64,000 bases of DNA from Squalus acanthias (GCA_030390025.1 CM059432.1:21578001-21642000); one strand, 5' to 3'; shown: positions 13,228-25,007, numbered from the stretch's first letter. Program-made: numbers and translations. The notes: generated by a model not told the origin, from the sequence alone.

Positions 13228-14046
13228 GATGTTAAAGACGTGGATTAGATCGGGGCAGAATGAAGCTCTTTTTCTCTTCCTCGGTGATCTGCCTTGATGA
13301 CAGTCTTGTGAAAAAGCACTCTCTCCCCTCCTGAATAAACCGTCCTTTCACTTCTGGAACACGGGTTTGACTCCTGTCAGAATGCAGTTTCCTCCCTCTC
13401 TCTCTCTTTCTCTCTCTCTCTCTCCTGTAAAGTCTGCATGTGAACTGAGTTTGGACTGTCTAAATCCATTTTCTAGTAGATGACAGCCCACAATTCAATG
13501 CTAAATTGGCTACTTCAATCAGAAAGGTCAAAAGGATGATCGTGTGGGAAGTAGATTTGGTCCAGGAGAGGAGGAAGTGCTTTTTCAAAGACTGTCATTA
13601 AGTCAAATCATTGAGGAAGAGAAAAAGAGCTTCATTTTGTGTTTCTCCATGCTGTACCTGACCTGTGAGTGTATGATGCTGATGCGACAAAAGTGAACAT
13701 GTTCTGTTCCCAAATACTGACATTGACAAGCATTAAAATTCACTATAACAAATACATTTGGGGATTTTCAGTGACCCGAATTATGAATCCTGACAAATTA
13801 TTGCAGTTGTATTTTCCAAATTCACCCTTAAGGCATTATTAAATACAGTTAGCCATTTAGGAAAGTACAGGATCTGAAAAGACTGCCGCCCATCTGGCTG
13901 GTACCAAAACTGAATACCCCTCAATTGTCTACTGCCTCAAATATCTATCCAATTATCCCTTAAATTTTCACAAACTGTCTGCCTCCATCAATTAAATGAA
14001 AACTATCTGTGCATCTTCCCTGTTCTAAGCTTGAAGCCACGTCCCC

Positions 14047-14372
14047 TTATTTACAATATATATTAATGATCTAGACGAGGGAACTAGATGTAATGGGCTG
14101 GATTTTGTCTTGGGGTCGGGTTGGGGTCGTGTCATCCGCATTTCGTGTTCCCCCCCCCGACTCCAGATTAATGTGGGAGACTGATGCAATTTTCACTTAA
14201 TTGGGCAATTGAGTTCCAGCATGTGGGAACCCATGAACTAATTAGTGGTTTCAGTCTGAAAGTCGCCTCTGATGATGTCATCATTGCTGCTGTCTAGTTT
14301 CAGAGACTGACTGGATGTTGGTGAGAGAGGACTGCCTGGCTTTTTGCTGTGAGTGGACTGGATGCAAATGAG

Positions 14373-14409
<37 letters not shown>

Positions 14410-15795
14410 GCATCCAAGTCCTCTTACAGCAAAGGCCATGCAGTTTCTGAACACATTCAATTCAGCAGCGACTTTCAGACCTAATACTACTACCTTCATC
14501 ACATCTCCGTTGTAATAATTGACTTGCAGCCGATAGTCAGCTATCCACTTGTGCTCCCGCCAGGTTTCACTGGAGTGTTTCACACCAGGTGTGCTTCACG
14601 CCTGAAAAGGGTTAAACTAGCTACAACGTTTGAAAATGGCATTACACAGCCAATTTAGGGCTTGTTAAGGGCTTTAATGGCCTCTCCCGCCTCCAAGAGG
14701 CGGGATGGAGTCGGGAAACCCGCGACTGATTTTGTCAAAATTGCGTGGAGGCGGGATAGAGTCGGGATGGGGTCGGAAACCCCGACCCCGCAAATTTAAC
14801 CCCCCACACGCCTCCAAACCCGACTCCATGGGTCATTCAAAATCCAGCCCAATATCTCCAAGTTTGCAGATGACACAAAGCTGGGTGGGCGCGTGTGCTG
14901 TGAGGAGGATGCAGAGAAACTCCAGAATGATTTGGATAGGTTGGGTGATTGGGCAGATGCATGGCAGATGCAGTATAATGTGGATAAATGCGAAGTTATC
15001 CACTTTGGTGGCAAAAACAGGAAGGCAGATTATTATCTGAACGGCAATAGATTGGGAGAAGGGGAAGTGCAACGAGACCTGGGTGTCCTTGTGTACCAGT
15101 CGCTGAAGGTAAGCATGCAGGTGCAGCAGGCAGTTAAGAAGGCAAATGGTATGTTGGCCTTCATAGCGAGAGGATTCGAGTACAGGAGCAAGGATGTATT
15201 GCTGCAGTTGTACAGGGCCTTGGTGAGACCACACCTTGAGTATTGTGTGCAGTTTTGATCGCCTTATCTGAGGAAGGATGTTCTTGCCATGGAGGGAGTG
15301 CAGCGAAGATTCACCAGACTGATACCTGGGACGGCAGGAATGATGTATGAAGAGAGATTGGGTCGATTGGGCTTGCATTCGCTTGAGTTTAGAAGAATGA
15401 GAGGGGATCGCATTGAAACGTATAAAATTCTAACAGGACTAGACAGACTAGATGCAGAAAGGCTGTTCATGATGGCGGGGGAGTCCAGAACCAGGGGTCA
15501 CAGTCTAAGGATAAGGGGTAAGCCATTTAGGACTGAGATGAGGAGGAATTTCTTCACCCAGAGAGTGGTGAACCTGTGGAATTCTCTACCACAGAAGGCA
15601 GTTGAGGCCAATTCATTGAATATATTCAAGAAGGCGTTAGATATATTTCTTAAGGCTAAGGTGATCAAGGGATATGGGGAGAAAGCAGGGACAAGGTACT
15701 GAATTTGGATGATCAGCCATGATCGCATTGAATGGCGGAGCAGGCTCGAGGGGCCGAATAGCCTACTCCTGCTCCTATCTTCTATGTTTCTATGC
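14047..15795 (+). mobile_element. 5'-truncated CR1 LINE with inserted MITE
   Basis: LFTIYINDLDEGTRCN|ISKFADDTK is restored on removing 14095-14850; ORFs 14893-15702 give the CR1 C-terminus; TTCTATG tail. Confidence 0.92.
14095..14850. mobile_element. Harbinger MITE
   Basis: TIRs GGGCTGGATTTTG / CAAAATCCAGCCC; TSD AAT; internal (GA)n near 14375-14404. Confidence 0.9.
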
Positions 15796-16467
15796 TTCTA
15801 GAGTGTGTGGTCAGCCATTGATTCAAACTGATCAGAATAAATTAACAACCTAGAGTTTTTTTTTCCCCATTTATCTTTAAAATTAGGAAAAAATTCATAG
15901 TTTTCTATCAGTGCTTATTTGCTTCATCAGGAAATTAAGGGCATTTTTATGCTACAGGTACCAGTCTAAGATCAACACATGTTTGTAGAAATGCAGTGCC
16001 AGCAGCCCCAATATACTGCCAGTTCTGCCACACTCTCTCGCTAGAGAGGAATTACATATGTGTGCAAGCATTAAAAGGTACAGGTCTTCACTCACTAGTT
16101 GTGGAATGCTCATTACATTTTTATATTAACATTCCTTTTCCACCAATGGACCACCCTTTTTTTAAACAGTTGCAGTTGTACAACAGTTGATGTGAAGTTC
16201 AAGCTGTGTCAGACTACCTCGCTCGGACTAACTGCAGGTTACATTCGATTATGAGAGACTTCAGACCCAAGTTATCCAGACATCGATCTTTTACATGTAT
16301 GAAATATTGGGATAAGTACCATTGTTTATTTGGTTTTAAAGCATTTCTTCAGCAATGCAAACTGTGTAGTATAACTGTCCTGTATATTACTGAAGAAGAA
16401 TCCATCACAGTACAACTAGATGGTTGGGAGGACTTTGCTTAAAGACCTTTCCTTCTTCTTTATTTTC

Positions 16468-17065
16468 CGGAACACCTCCGTTTAGTCCGTAAGGGTGACC
16501 CCGAGCTTCCGGTCGCCTGTCACTTTAATTCTCCGCTCCACTCCCACTCTGACCTCTCCGTCCTCGGCCTCTTACACTGTTCCAATGAAGCTCAACGTAA
16601 GCTCGAGGAACAGCACCTCATCTTTCGATTAGACACTTTACAGCCTTCTGGACTCAACATCGAGTTCAGCAATTTCACACCATAACCTCTGCCCCTATCT
16701 TTTTTTTCCATTTTTTCTCTCTCTCACATGGCAGCTGTTGATGATTCTTCCATTGCCATTTACACTTCATCTAGAGTCATCTTTTGTTTCTTAACTTGTC
16801 CTATTATCATCTCCTTTTGCCTTGCACCATCATCCCTTTTGTCTCTTAATCTCTCCTGCCTTCCATCCTATCACAGTCCTTCCCTTTTGTTCTTTCCTCC
16901 CCTCCCCCCTTTCCCTGCCCCTACACTTGATTAAAAATCTGTTCCATCTCCAGCTTTTTCCAGTTCTGACGAAGGGTCATCGACCTGAAACGTTAACTCT
17001 GCTTCTCTCTCCATAGATGCTGCCTGACCTGCTGAGTATTTCCAGCATTTTCTGTTTTTATTTCT
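16468..17065 (+). mobile_element. Penelope-like element 3' fragment
   Basis: Highly similar to 34140-34760 (EHLR...KLEEQHLIFRL plus 3' UTR). Confidence 0.85.
16962..16998 (+). ncRNA. Minimal type I hammerhead ribozyme motif
   Basis: AGTT-CTGACGA-AGGGTC ATC GACCT-GAAAC-GTT-AACT: catalytic core, helix II GGTC/GACC, palindromic ACGT helix III, helix I AGTT/AACT. Confidence 0.75.
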
Positions 17066-17734
17066 TTATTTTCTTACCTTGTGAACTCAAATATTTAGAT
17101 TACCAGGGAAGTCTAACAAATCCTTACTGTTATAAGATGGACATAAACTTCCAACATGTTCGACCTTTGAGGAAATAAGTCATATCTTCCACTTTTACTC
17201 AGTCAAAGAAAGCATTCAGATCCTTCACTTTCAGATTTTCAGAGAAATGAGAATGTAAGCATAGAGAATCATACAGCACAGAAGGAGGCCATTTGGGACA
17301 TCTTGTCTGTGCTGGCTCTCAAAAGAGCTACCAATTAGTTCCACTCTCCTGCTCTTTCCCCGTAGCCTGGCAATTTTTTCCTTTTTAAGTTTATATCCAA
17401 TTCCCTTTTGAAAGTTACTGCTGAATCTGTTCCACAACCCTTTTCGGCAATGCATTCCAGATCATAACAACTCATTGAGTACAACAATTTCTCCTCATCT
17501 CCCCCTGGCTGTTTTGCCAATTATCTTAAATCTGTGTCCTCTGGTTACCGACCACCCTGGCCGTGGAAACAGTTTCTCTCTATCTACGCTGTCAAAACTG
17601 CTCGTAATTTTGAATACCTCGATTAAATCACCCTTTAATATTCTTTGCTCTAAGGAGAACAATCCCAAATTCTCTAGTTTCTCCACATAACTGAATTCTC
17701 TCATCTCTGGGACCATTCTGGCAAATCTCAATTT

Positions 17735-18055
17735 TTTTTATTTGTTCATGGGATGTGAGCATCGCTGGCAAGGCCAGCGTTTATTGCCCATACCTAATTG
17801 CCCTTGAGAAGGTGGTGGTGAGCCGCCTTCTTGAACCGCTGCAGTCTGTGTGGTGAAGGTACTCCCACAGTGCTGTTATGGAGAGAGTTCCAGGATTTTG
17901 ACCCAGTGACGATGAAGGAACAGCGATATATTTCCAAGTTAGGATGGTGTGTGACTTGGAGGGGAACTTGGAGGTGATGGTGTTCCCATGCACCTGCTGC
18001 CCTTGTCCTTCCAGGTGGTAGAGCTCGCGGGTTTGGGAGGTGCTGTTGAAGAAAT
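17735..18055 (-). mobile_element. Second-family CR1-group LINE 3' end
   Basis: Reverse complement of 57000-57310 including the A-rich tail. Confidence 0.8.
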
Positions 18056-18465
18056 CTGCTCCCTCTTCAAGGCCTTGACATCCTTCCTAAAGTGTGGTGC
18101 CCAGAAATTGGACACAATACTCTAGCTGAGGTCTAACCAGTGATTTATAAAAGTTTACCATAACTTCCTTGCTTTTGTACTCTATGGGCTGGATTTTGTC
18201 AGTGTGGGCGGGCTGGAGCGTGTCAGGTGGACATCGTGCCAGGACCCCGACTCCTAATTGAAGTGCTGAAAAAGTGGGATTTTCCCCTAATTGGCCAATT
18301 GATTTCCTGCGTGTGGGAACCCCTGGCCCAATGAGTCTTTTCAGACAGAAAGTCGCCTCCGATGACGTCATCAATGCTGCTGGATTTAAGGCCTGCAAGC
18401 AGCCTTGCTTCTTCTGGAGACTGCAAACTTTATGGCCATTGCTGTCTTCACCTTCTTCATCAACC

Positions 18466-20410
18466 ATGTCCACGCTTCGATGAGCCCTCCCTCCAAGCTC
18501 TGGTGGAGGGAGCGAGATCCAGGAAGGAGTGCTCTTCCCTTCCTCAGGGAGAAAAAAGCCACCCCAGCAGACAAAAACTGTGTGGCTGCAAGTGGCCCAG
18601 GAGGTTAGCTCCATCTCGCTGAGCCGCAGAACCTGGCTGCAATGCAGGAAGAGGTTTCAAGATCGTCTCCGAACAGGAAAAGTAAATATGACTTTCCCAT
18701 CACCCTCAAACTGATCCCCATCGCCTCTCCTCACCAGCACTCTGCTTTGCCAACCTCTTCCTCCACATTCCACTTGACACTTACATGCCTGCACCGTTAC
18801 CCATTCCCTCTCTCTCTAAGGTCACATTCACTTAACTATTCTACCATGCAGCCCTCACACTCCCTATCACTGTGATGCCATGACAACAACAACTTTCAGC
18901 ACTCAGGGAGGGTCCTTTGTATACTTCTACGCATCTATGCTATGGATTCTCTACACTCACTCCTTCATTCTCACTCAAACTCCACTTGTGTCCCTCATTG
19001 CAGGAAAAGAGAGTCCACAATAAGAGGGAAATAGCCATGACCAGAGGAGGGCCACCCTCAGTAGCCCAGCTCACCCCCTGGGAGGAGGCGGCCCTGGAGA
19101 TCACCGGAATTGAGGAGGATTCCCAAGTGGGGGAGGACAGATGGGTGCATCGCAGCAAGCTGGTGACAGAATAGTTTGGCATCTCTCTCACTGACATTGC
19201 ATGAGTCACTGATAATGAATCTGATGCTCTAACAGATTGACTTATGATCATCTGCACAATTCAATGTGCATGTAAAGTTGAACTCACATCTCTAACTCTT
19301 TCCTTTACTCCCCCACAGGACCATCGAGAGCCCCCGTCCCCACTGTCCAGGAGGAAGAGCCTGAGCTTCCAGACTCCTCAGAGAAAGCTGCAACCTCTGA
19401 GGGCGCAGCGTCAGCAGAATTCAGAGCACCCAGCACCAGCGCAGACACTCACACCTCGGTGGGACCTTTGCGAGATAGAGTAGTGTTGTCACCTGGTGTA
19501 TCACAGCTCACAAGTGAGCATCAGCAGATGGTGGAGTCAGGGACAGCAGTGGAGAGTCCTTGTCGGAGGGCACAGGACTCTGCCAGCTCGGCTCGGCTGC
19601 ATGTCGACCCTGTGCATCCGGGTCCATCCAGAAGAAGAGCGTTGCTGGAACTCCAGGAACAGGTGCAGGAGTCTCTGGCAGGTTTTGTCTCCAGGGTCGC
19701 TGCTAGTGTGGAGCGAATGGAGGAGTCCATCGCTAACATGAGCAGAGCCTTTGTGGAGCGTTGGCGCATGAACGCATCACCACGGAAAGGATGGCAACCT
19801 CCGTGGAAAGGATGGCTACCTCCATGGTAAGGCTGGCTACTGTAGAGGAGAGGATGGCTATGGTAGAGGAGAGGATGGCTACGGCCATGGAGGAGCTTAG
19901 TCGCCAGGGTATGGAAAACATGGTAATTGTTCAGAATAGACTGGCATCTCTTGAGGAGCGATGGTCAGCTATTGAGCAAACAAACCAGACCTTCATGCAA
20001 GTCCTCTGGAGTAGGACTTCCAGTGCAGAAACGGGTCCTCATGGCCCCCCTGTCCAGCCACTTGCTAGCTCTGAAGTGGGGCTGACCCATGAGAGGGATG
20101 TTCGTGGCATACAACAAGGAAGTGGGGGCTCCTCTCCAAGCACTCACACGACCATGCCACTGCAGAGCCCTCAGTCAGAGCCCCACCTGAGTCCCCGCCC
20201 AACTGAGATCGGCGTCTCAACCCCTGCACAGCCGCAGGAGCAGCAGACTGTTGCCGAGCCCTCACAGGTATGCAACCCCAGAGGACGCGCGCAAAGGTGT
20301 CGAGACAGGAGCAGCAAGAAAGTGAGCAAGAGGCCTCCACCTCTGCTGAAGCCACAGGGGAAGCACCACGTAGGAGCACGCGTAAGAGGAAGATAATGCA
20401 CAAGTATTCA
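18466..20410 (+). pseudogene. Harbinger Myb/SANT-like gene, frameshifted; exons 18466-18681, 19004-19162, 19319-~20410
   Basis: PRFDEPSLQALVEG..LFPSSGRKKP..WLQVAQEV..RTWLQCRKRFQD; GT-AG boundaries match the copy at 39774-41730; several indels. Confidence 0.85.
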
Positions 20411-20558
20411 CAAGGGTTGTCACTTGGGTGTAATGTTGTGTTTAATTTTGAGAAGCATTCATAGATACATAGATACATAGAAAATAGGAGCAGGAGTAGG
20501 CCATCCGGCCCTTCGAGCCTGCTCCGCCATTTAATGAGATCATGGCTGATCCTCCAAT

Positions 20559-23426
20559 TCAGTATCCCGTCCCCGCCTTCTCTCCGTAACCCTTAACCCC
20601 TTTTGCCTGTAGAAATATATCTAATTCCCTCTTAAATATATTTAATGAGCTGGCGTACACTGCCCTCTGTGGCAATGAGTTCCACAGGTTCACCACCCTC
20701 TGAGTGAAGAAATTCCCCCTCATTTCTGTCCTAAATGGTTTAGCCCTTATCCTTAAATTATGTCCTCTAGTTCTGTTCTCACCCGCCAAGGGAAACATTC
20801 CTTCTGCATCTAGTCTGTCTAGACCTGTCAGAATTTTATACACTTCTATGAGGTCCCCTCTCAATCTTCTAAACTCCAGTGTGTACATCCCTAAACTACA
20901 TAGTCTCTCCTCATAGGTCAATCCCGCCATTCCTGGTATCAGCCTGGTGAATCGCCGCTGCACCCCCTCCATGGCAAGAACATCTTTCCTCAGATGAGGC
21001 GACCAAAACTGTACACAGTACTCGAGGTGTGGTCTCACCAGTGCCCTGTACAGCTGCAGCAAGGTATCCCTGTTCCTGTATTCCAACCCTTTTGCTATGA
21101 AGGCCAGCATACCGTTTGCCTTCTTGATCGCCTGTTGCACCTGCATGCTCGCCTTCAGTGACTGGTGTACAAGAACACCCAGGTCTCTCTGTACTTCCCC
21201 CTCTCCCAATTTATTGCCATTTAAATAATAATTTGCCCTCCCGTTCCTGCACCCAAGGTGGATAACTTCGCACTTGTCCACATTATAGTGCATCTGCCAT
21301 TTATCCGCCCAATCACCCAGTCTGTCCAAATCGCTCTGGAGCTTCCTGGTCTCCTCCTCTGAGCCCACCCCCCCTCCTAGTTTAGTGTCGTCTGCAAATT
21401 TGGAAATGCTGCATCCGACAACCTGATCCAGGTCATTAATGTAAATTGTGAACAGCTGGGGACCCAGGACAGATCCCTGTGGTACCCCACTTGTTACTGC
21501 CTGCCATTCAGAAAATGAGCCGTTTATTCCAACTCTCTGTTTTCTATCTGACAGCCAGTTCTCTATCCACGTCAATACTTTCCCCTTTATCCCATGAGCT
21601 TCAATTTTCCATGCTAATCTTTTATGTGGGACCTTATCGAAGGCCTTTTGGAAGTCCAGGTACACCACATCTACTGGCTCTCCCCCATCTATTTTACCAG
21701 TTACTCCCTCAAAAAATTCCAATAGATTAGTCAAGCACGATTTACCCTTTGTAAATCCATGTTGACTCTGTCCTATCCTGTCCCCATTTGCTAAGTGCTC
21801 CGCTATTTCATCCTTAATGATGGACTCCAGCATTTTGCCCACAACTGATGTAAGGCTTACAGGTCTGTAATTACCTGCTTTTTCCCTACCCCCCTTTTTG
21901 AATAGTGGGGTAACGTTAGCTACCCTCCAATCCATGGGCACTGTTCCCGAGTCTAATGAATTCTGAAAAATCATACTTAGTGCATCCGCTATCTCTAGGG
22001 CCACCTCCTTCAGTACCCTAGGATGCATGTTATCAGGCCCTGGGGATTTGTCCGCCTTCAATCCCTTTAGCTTCCTTAACACCATATCCTTAGAGATATT
22101 GATTTGCGTCAGTTCCTCCTTTGCCAATGTCCCTATTTTTCCCGATATCCCAGGGAGGTTTTTTGTGTCTTCCTTCGTAAAGACTGACCCAAAGTATGCA
22201 TTTAGTTGGTCTGCCATTTCCTTATTTCCCGTTATATATTCCCCCGTATCTGACTGCAATGGACCAACTTTGGTTTTCACCAGTCTTTTCCTCTTGATAT
22301 ACTTATAAAAGCTTTTGGAGTTAGTTTTTATATTTTCCGCCAGCTTGCTTTCGTAAGCTATTTTGCCCCTCTTGATTAAGCCCTTTGTCCTCCTTTGCTC
22401 TATCTTAAACTGTTCCCAATCTTCCGCTCTGGCGCTTTTTTTGGCTATTTTATACGCCCTATCTTTGGATTTTATGCTGTCTCTAATTTCCCCTGTTATC
22501 CACGGTTGAGTCACCTTTTTAGATTTCCTTTTATGCCAGATTGGTATAAACAATTTTTGCAATTTTGTCATTCTATCTTTAAATGCTTGCCATTGTTTAT
22601 CTACCTCCAGTCCTCCCAGGAACGTTGTCCAATCAGACCTACTCAGTTCCCGTCTAATGGCATCATAATTCCCCTTGTTTAAATTCAGGACCTTAGTATC
22701 TGAGTCAATTTCTTCGCTCTCCATTTCGAGTGAGAAATCGATCATGTTATGATCGCTCTGACCCAAGGGTCCCCATACAACAAGATTACTAATTAGTCCC
22801 TTCTCATTGCACAGTACCCAGTCCAATATAACCTGTTCCCGAGTTGGTTCCTCGACATATTGATCCAGATAACCATCCCTTAAACACTCAAGGAATTCCT
22901 CCTCCTCATTATTTTTACTGATTAGGCTAGTCCAATCTATATGTAAGTTAAAGTCACCTATGATGACAGCTGTGCTCTTATTGCACGCTTCTCTAATTTC
23001 CCTCGTGATGCCCTCCCCAACCTCTATTTTACTATTTGGAGGCCTATATACCACTCCTATTAATGTTTTTCGCCCCTCGCTATTTCTTAGCTCCACCCAT
23101 ATAGATTCTGTATTAACTGAGTTAATATCCTTCCTTTCAATTGCATTTATCCCCTCTTTTACCAGCAATGCTACCCCTCCTCCCTTTCTTTTTTGTCGAT
23201 CCTTCCTAAATACTGAATACCCCTGTATGTTAAGCTCCCAGCCCTGCTCACCCTGCAACCATGTTTCCGTAATCCCAATTAGATCATAATTATTAACCTC
23301 TATTTCCACAGCTAATTCATCTACCTTGTTCCTGATGCTTCTCGCATTAAGGTATAAAACCCTCAGGCTTTTTTTATGCTCACATTTTTTATGAATTAGT
23401 TTGGCCCTTTGTTTTTTGTTCCTCAC
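20559..23426 (-). CDS. CR1 ORF2: APE endonuclease + reverse transcriptase, uninterrupted
   Basis: 955 codons without a stop; YLNARS, ITETW, GDFN, SDH (endonuclease); YRPVSL, LDFQKAFD, GVPQGSVLGP, FADD (RT). Annotated start is GTG; the frame stays open upstream past 23510. Confidence 0.95.
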   Translation of the reverse strand: MRNKKQRAKLIHKKCEHKKSLRVLYLNARSIRNKVDELAVEIEVNNYDLIGITETWLQGEQGWELNIQGYSVFRKDRQKRKGGGVALLVKEGINAIERKDINSVNTESIWVELRNSEGRKTLIGVVYRPPNSKIEVGEGITREIREACNKSTAVIIGDFNLHIDWTSLISKNNEEEEFLECLRDGYLDQYVEEPTREQVILDWVLCNEKGLISNLVVWGPLGQSDHNMIDFSLEMESEEIDSDTKVLNLNKGNYDAIRRELSRSDWTTFLGGLEVDKQWQAFKDRMTKLQKLFIPIWHKRKSKKVTQPWITGEIRDSIKSKDRAYKIAKKSARAEDWEQFKIEQRRTKGLIKRGKIAYESKLAENIKTNSKSFYKYIKRKRLVKTKVGPLQSDTGEYITGNKEMADQLNAYFGSVFTKEDTKNLPGISGKIGTLAKEELTQINISKDMVLRKLKGLKADKSPGPDNMHPRVLKEVALEIADALSMIFQNSLDSGTVPMDWRVANVTPLFKKGGREKAGNYRPVSLTSVVGKMLESIIKDEIAEHLANGDRIGQSQHGFTKGKSCLTNLLEFFEGVTGKIDGGEPVDVVYLDFQKAFDKVPHKRLAWKIEAHGIKGKVLTWIENWLSDRKQRVGINGSFSEWQAVTSGVPQGSVLGPQLFTIYINDLDQVVGCSISKFADDTKLGGGVGSEEETRKLQSDLDRLGDWADKWQMHYNVDKCEVIHLGCRNGRANYYLNGNKLGEGEVQRDLGVLVHQSLKASMQVQQAIKKANGMLAFIAKGLEYRNRDTLLQLYRALVRPHLEYCVQFWSPHLRKDVLAMEGVQRRFTRLIPGMAGLTYEERLCSLGMYTLEFRRLRGDLIEVYKILTGLDRLDAEGMFPLAGENRTRGHNLRIRAKPFRTEMRGNFFTQRVVNLWNSLPQRAVYASSLNIFKRELDIFLQAKGVKGYGEKAGTGY

Positions 23427-23505
23427 CCTTTTACCATTTATTTCTGTCTGCCTTTCACTTTCCTCTATTTCACTACATAGGTTTCTAGCCCCCTGCCATA
23501 CTAGT

Positions 23506-24447
23506 TTAAATGCTCCCGAACTGCTTTATCAAAATTACCCCGAGAACATCAGTTCCATCTTTGCACAAGTGTAGACCGTCCCTTTTGTATAGGTCACACC
23601 TACCACAAAACTGGTTCCAATGCCTCAAAAATTTAAAACCCTCCCTCTTACACCACTGCTCAAGCCACGTATTTAGCCTAACTATCCTGTTCTCTGTACT
23701 CTTACTAGCACGTGGCACTGGTAGTAATCCAGAGATTACTACCTTCGAGGTCCTACTTTTTAGCTTGGCTCCTAACTCCCTAAATTCTACTTGTAGGACC
23801 TCTTCCCTTTTTTTAGCTACGTCGTTGGTACCAACATGTATCACGACAACTGGCTGTTCCCCCTCCCCCTCCAGAATGTTCTGCACCCGCGCCGAGACAT
23901 CCTTGACCCTTGCACCAGGGAGGCAACATACCATCCTGGAGTCTCGGTCGCGACCACAGAAACCCCTATCTATTCCCCTTACAATCGAATCCCCTATTAC
24001 TATAGCCCTGCCACTCTTTTTCCCTCCCTTCTTTGCAACAGAGCCAGTCATGGTGCCATGAGCCTGGCTGCTGGTGCCTTCCCCCACTGAGTCATCCCCC
24101 CCGACAACAGCACCTAAGGCGGTGAACCTGTTGCTAAGGGAGACAACCCCAGGGGATTTCTGCACTATCTTCCTGCCCTTGCTCTGCCTTTTGGTCACCC
24201 ATGTACTATCTACGCTGGCCTTAACCTGCGGTGTGACCAACTCACTAAATGTGCTATCCACAACCCTCTCAGAATCGTGGATGCTCCAAAGTGAGTCCAT
24301 CCGCAGCTCAAGGGCCGTCATGCGATCCCACATGAGCTGCAGCTGGACACACTTCCCGCACACATGGTTGTCAGGGACACAGGAAGCGTCCCTGATTTCC
24401 CACATGTTACAGGAGGAGCATGACACAGGTCCGAGCTCTACTGCCAT
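23506..24447 (-). CDS. CR1 ORF1: zinc finger/leucine zipper + SGNH esterase
   Basis: CSSC..CGKC, heptad segment MTALELRMDSL, SGNH blocks IGDS, HVGTND, DGLH; probable 1-bp deletion in the G-run at 23538-23541 alters the last ~12 residues. Confidence 0.92.
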   Translation of the reverse strand: MAVELGPVSCSSCNMWEIRDASCVPDNHVCGKCVQLQLMWDRMTALELRMDSLWSIHDSERVVDSTFSELVTPQVKASVDSTWVTKRQSKGRKIVQKSPGVVSLSNRFTALGAVVGGDDSVGEGTSSQAHGTMTGSVAKKGGKKSGRAIVIGDSIVRGIDRGFCGRDRDSRMVCCLPGARVKDVSARVQNILEGEGEQPVVVIHVGTNDVAKKREEVLQVEFRELGAKLKSRTSKVVISGLLPVPRASKSTENRIVRLNTWLEQWCKREGFKFLRHWNQFCGRCDLYKRDGLHLCKDGTDVLGVILIKQFGSI

Positions 24448-24887
24448 GACTTAACCCTTATATTACTTTTTAATTTTCTAGTTTTAGTTTATTTATTGAC
24501 TTTTGTTTTCCCGAAGCTTACTTAGACCAATGTATACTGTACTCCTCTTATTCCTTTTTAAACTAACCAAATCCCACTAGTTTTAGTTTTACTTTCTAGG
24601 AAGGTTTGAGGAAAGTACTTACCAGTTAGTCTTACCTCCCTGGTCTTTCGCTGACTTCCCGGTCTTGTGTCCCCTTGGTCCTACGCCGACTTCCCGCTCC
24701 TCCCGGTTCCTGCCCTGCTGAAAAGAAACTGAGACCAAAAAATTTGTGACCTCTGTTTTTAAACTGCTAAAAGACTAGTAGGTTAGAGGAGGAGGGCGGG
24801 TGGGGGTTCCTACTCTGTAGGAACTCGGGTTTAAGCCACCACCCTCCTTAAATTCCGTTCACCTGGGTGCTTCCCACCTGGTCCGCT

Positions 24888-25007
24888 TCCGGTCTCGTCG
24901 CTCCCGACAACAGCCTGTGAAAGAAAAGCCCGCGAAAGTGAGTTCAAATACTCACAGGACCTCCGGTCTCGTCGCTCCCGACAACAGCCTGTGAAAGAAA
25001 AGCCCGC
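24888..25007. repeat. 46-bp direct repeat (period 74) at the CR1 5' end
   Basis: TCCGGTCTCGTCGCTCCCGACAACAGCCTGTGAAAGAAAAGCCCGC at 24888-24933 and 24962-25007. Confidence 0.95.

Larger units (their letters stand above)
20460..25007 (-). mobile_element. Full-length CR1 LINE (5' UTR, ORF1, ORF2, 3' tail)
   Basis: Both ORFs present; 3' tail of CTATGTAT-type repeats; 5' UTR with a direct repeat; no TSD; inserted just 3' of the Harbinger Myb gene. Confidence 0.96.
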
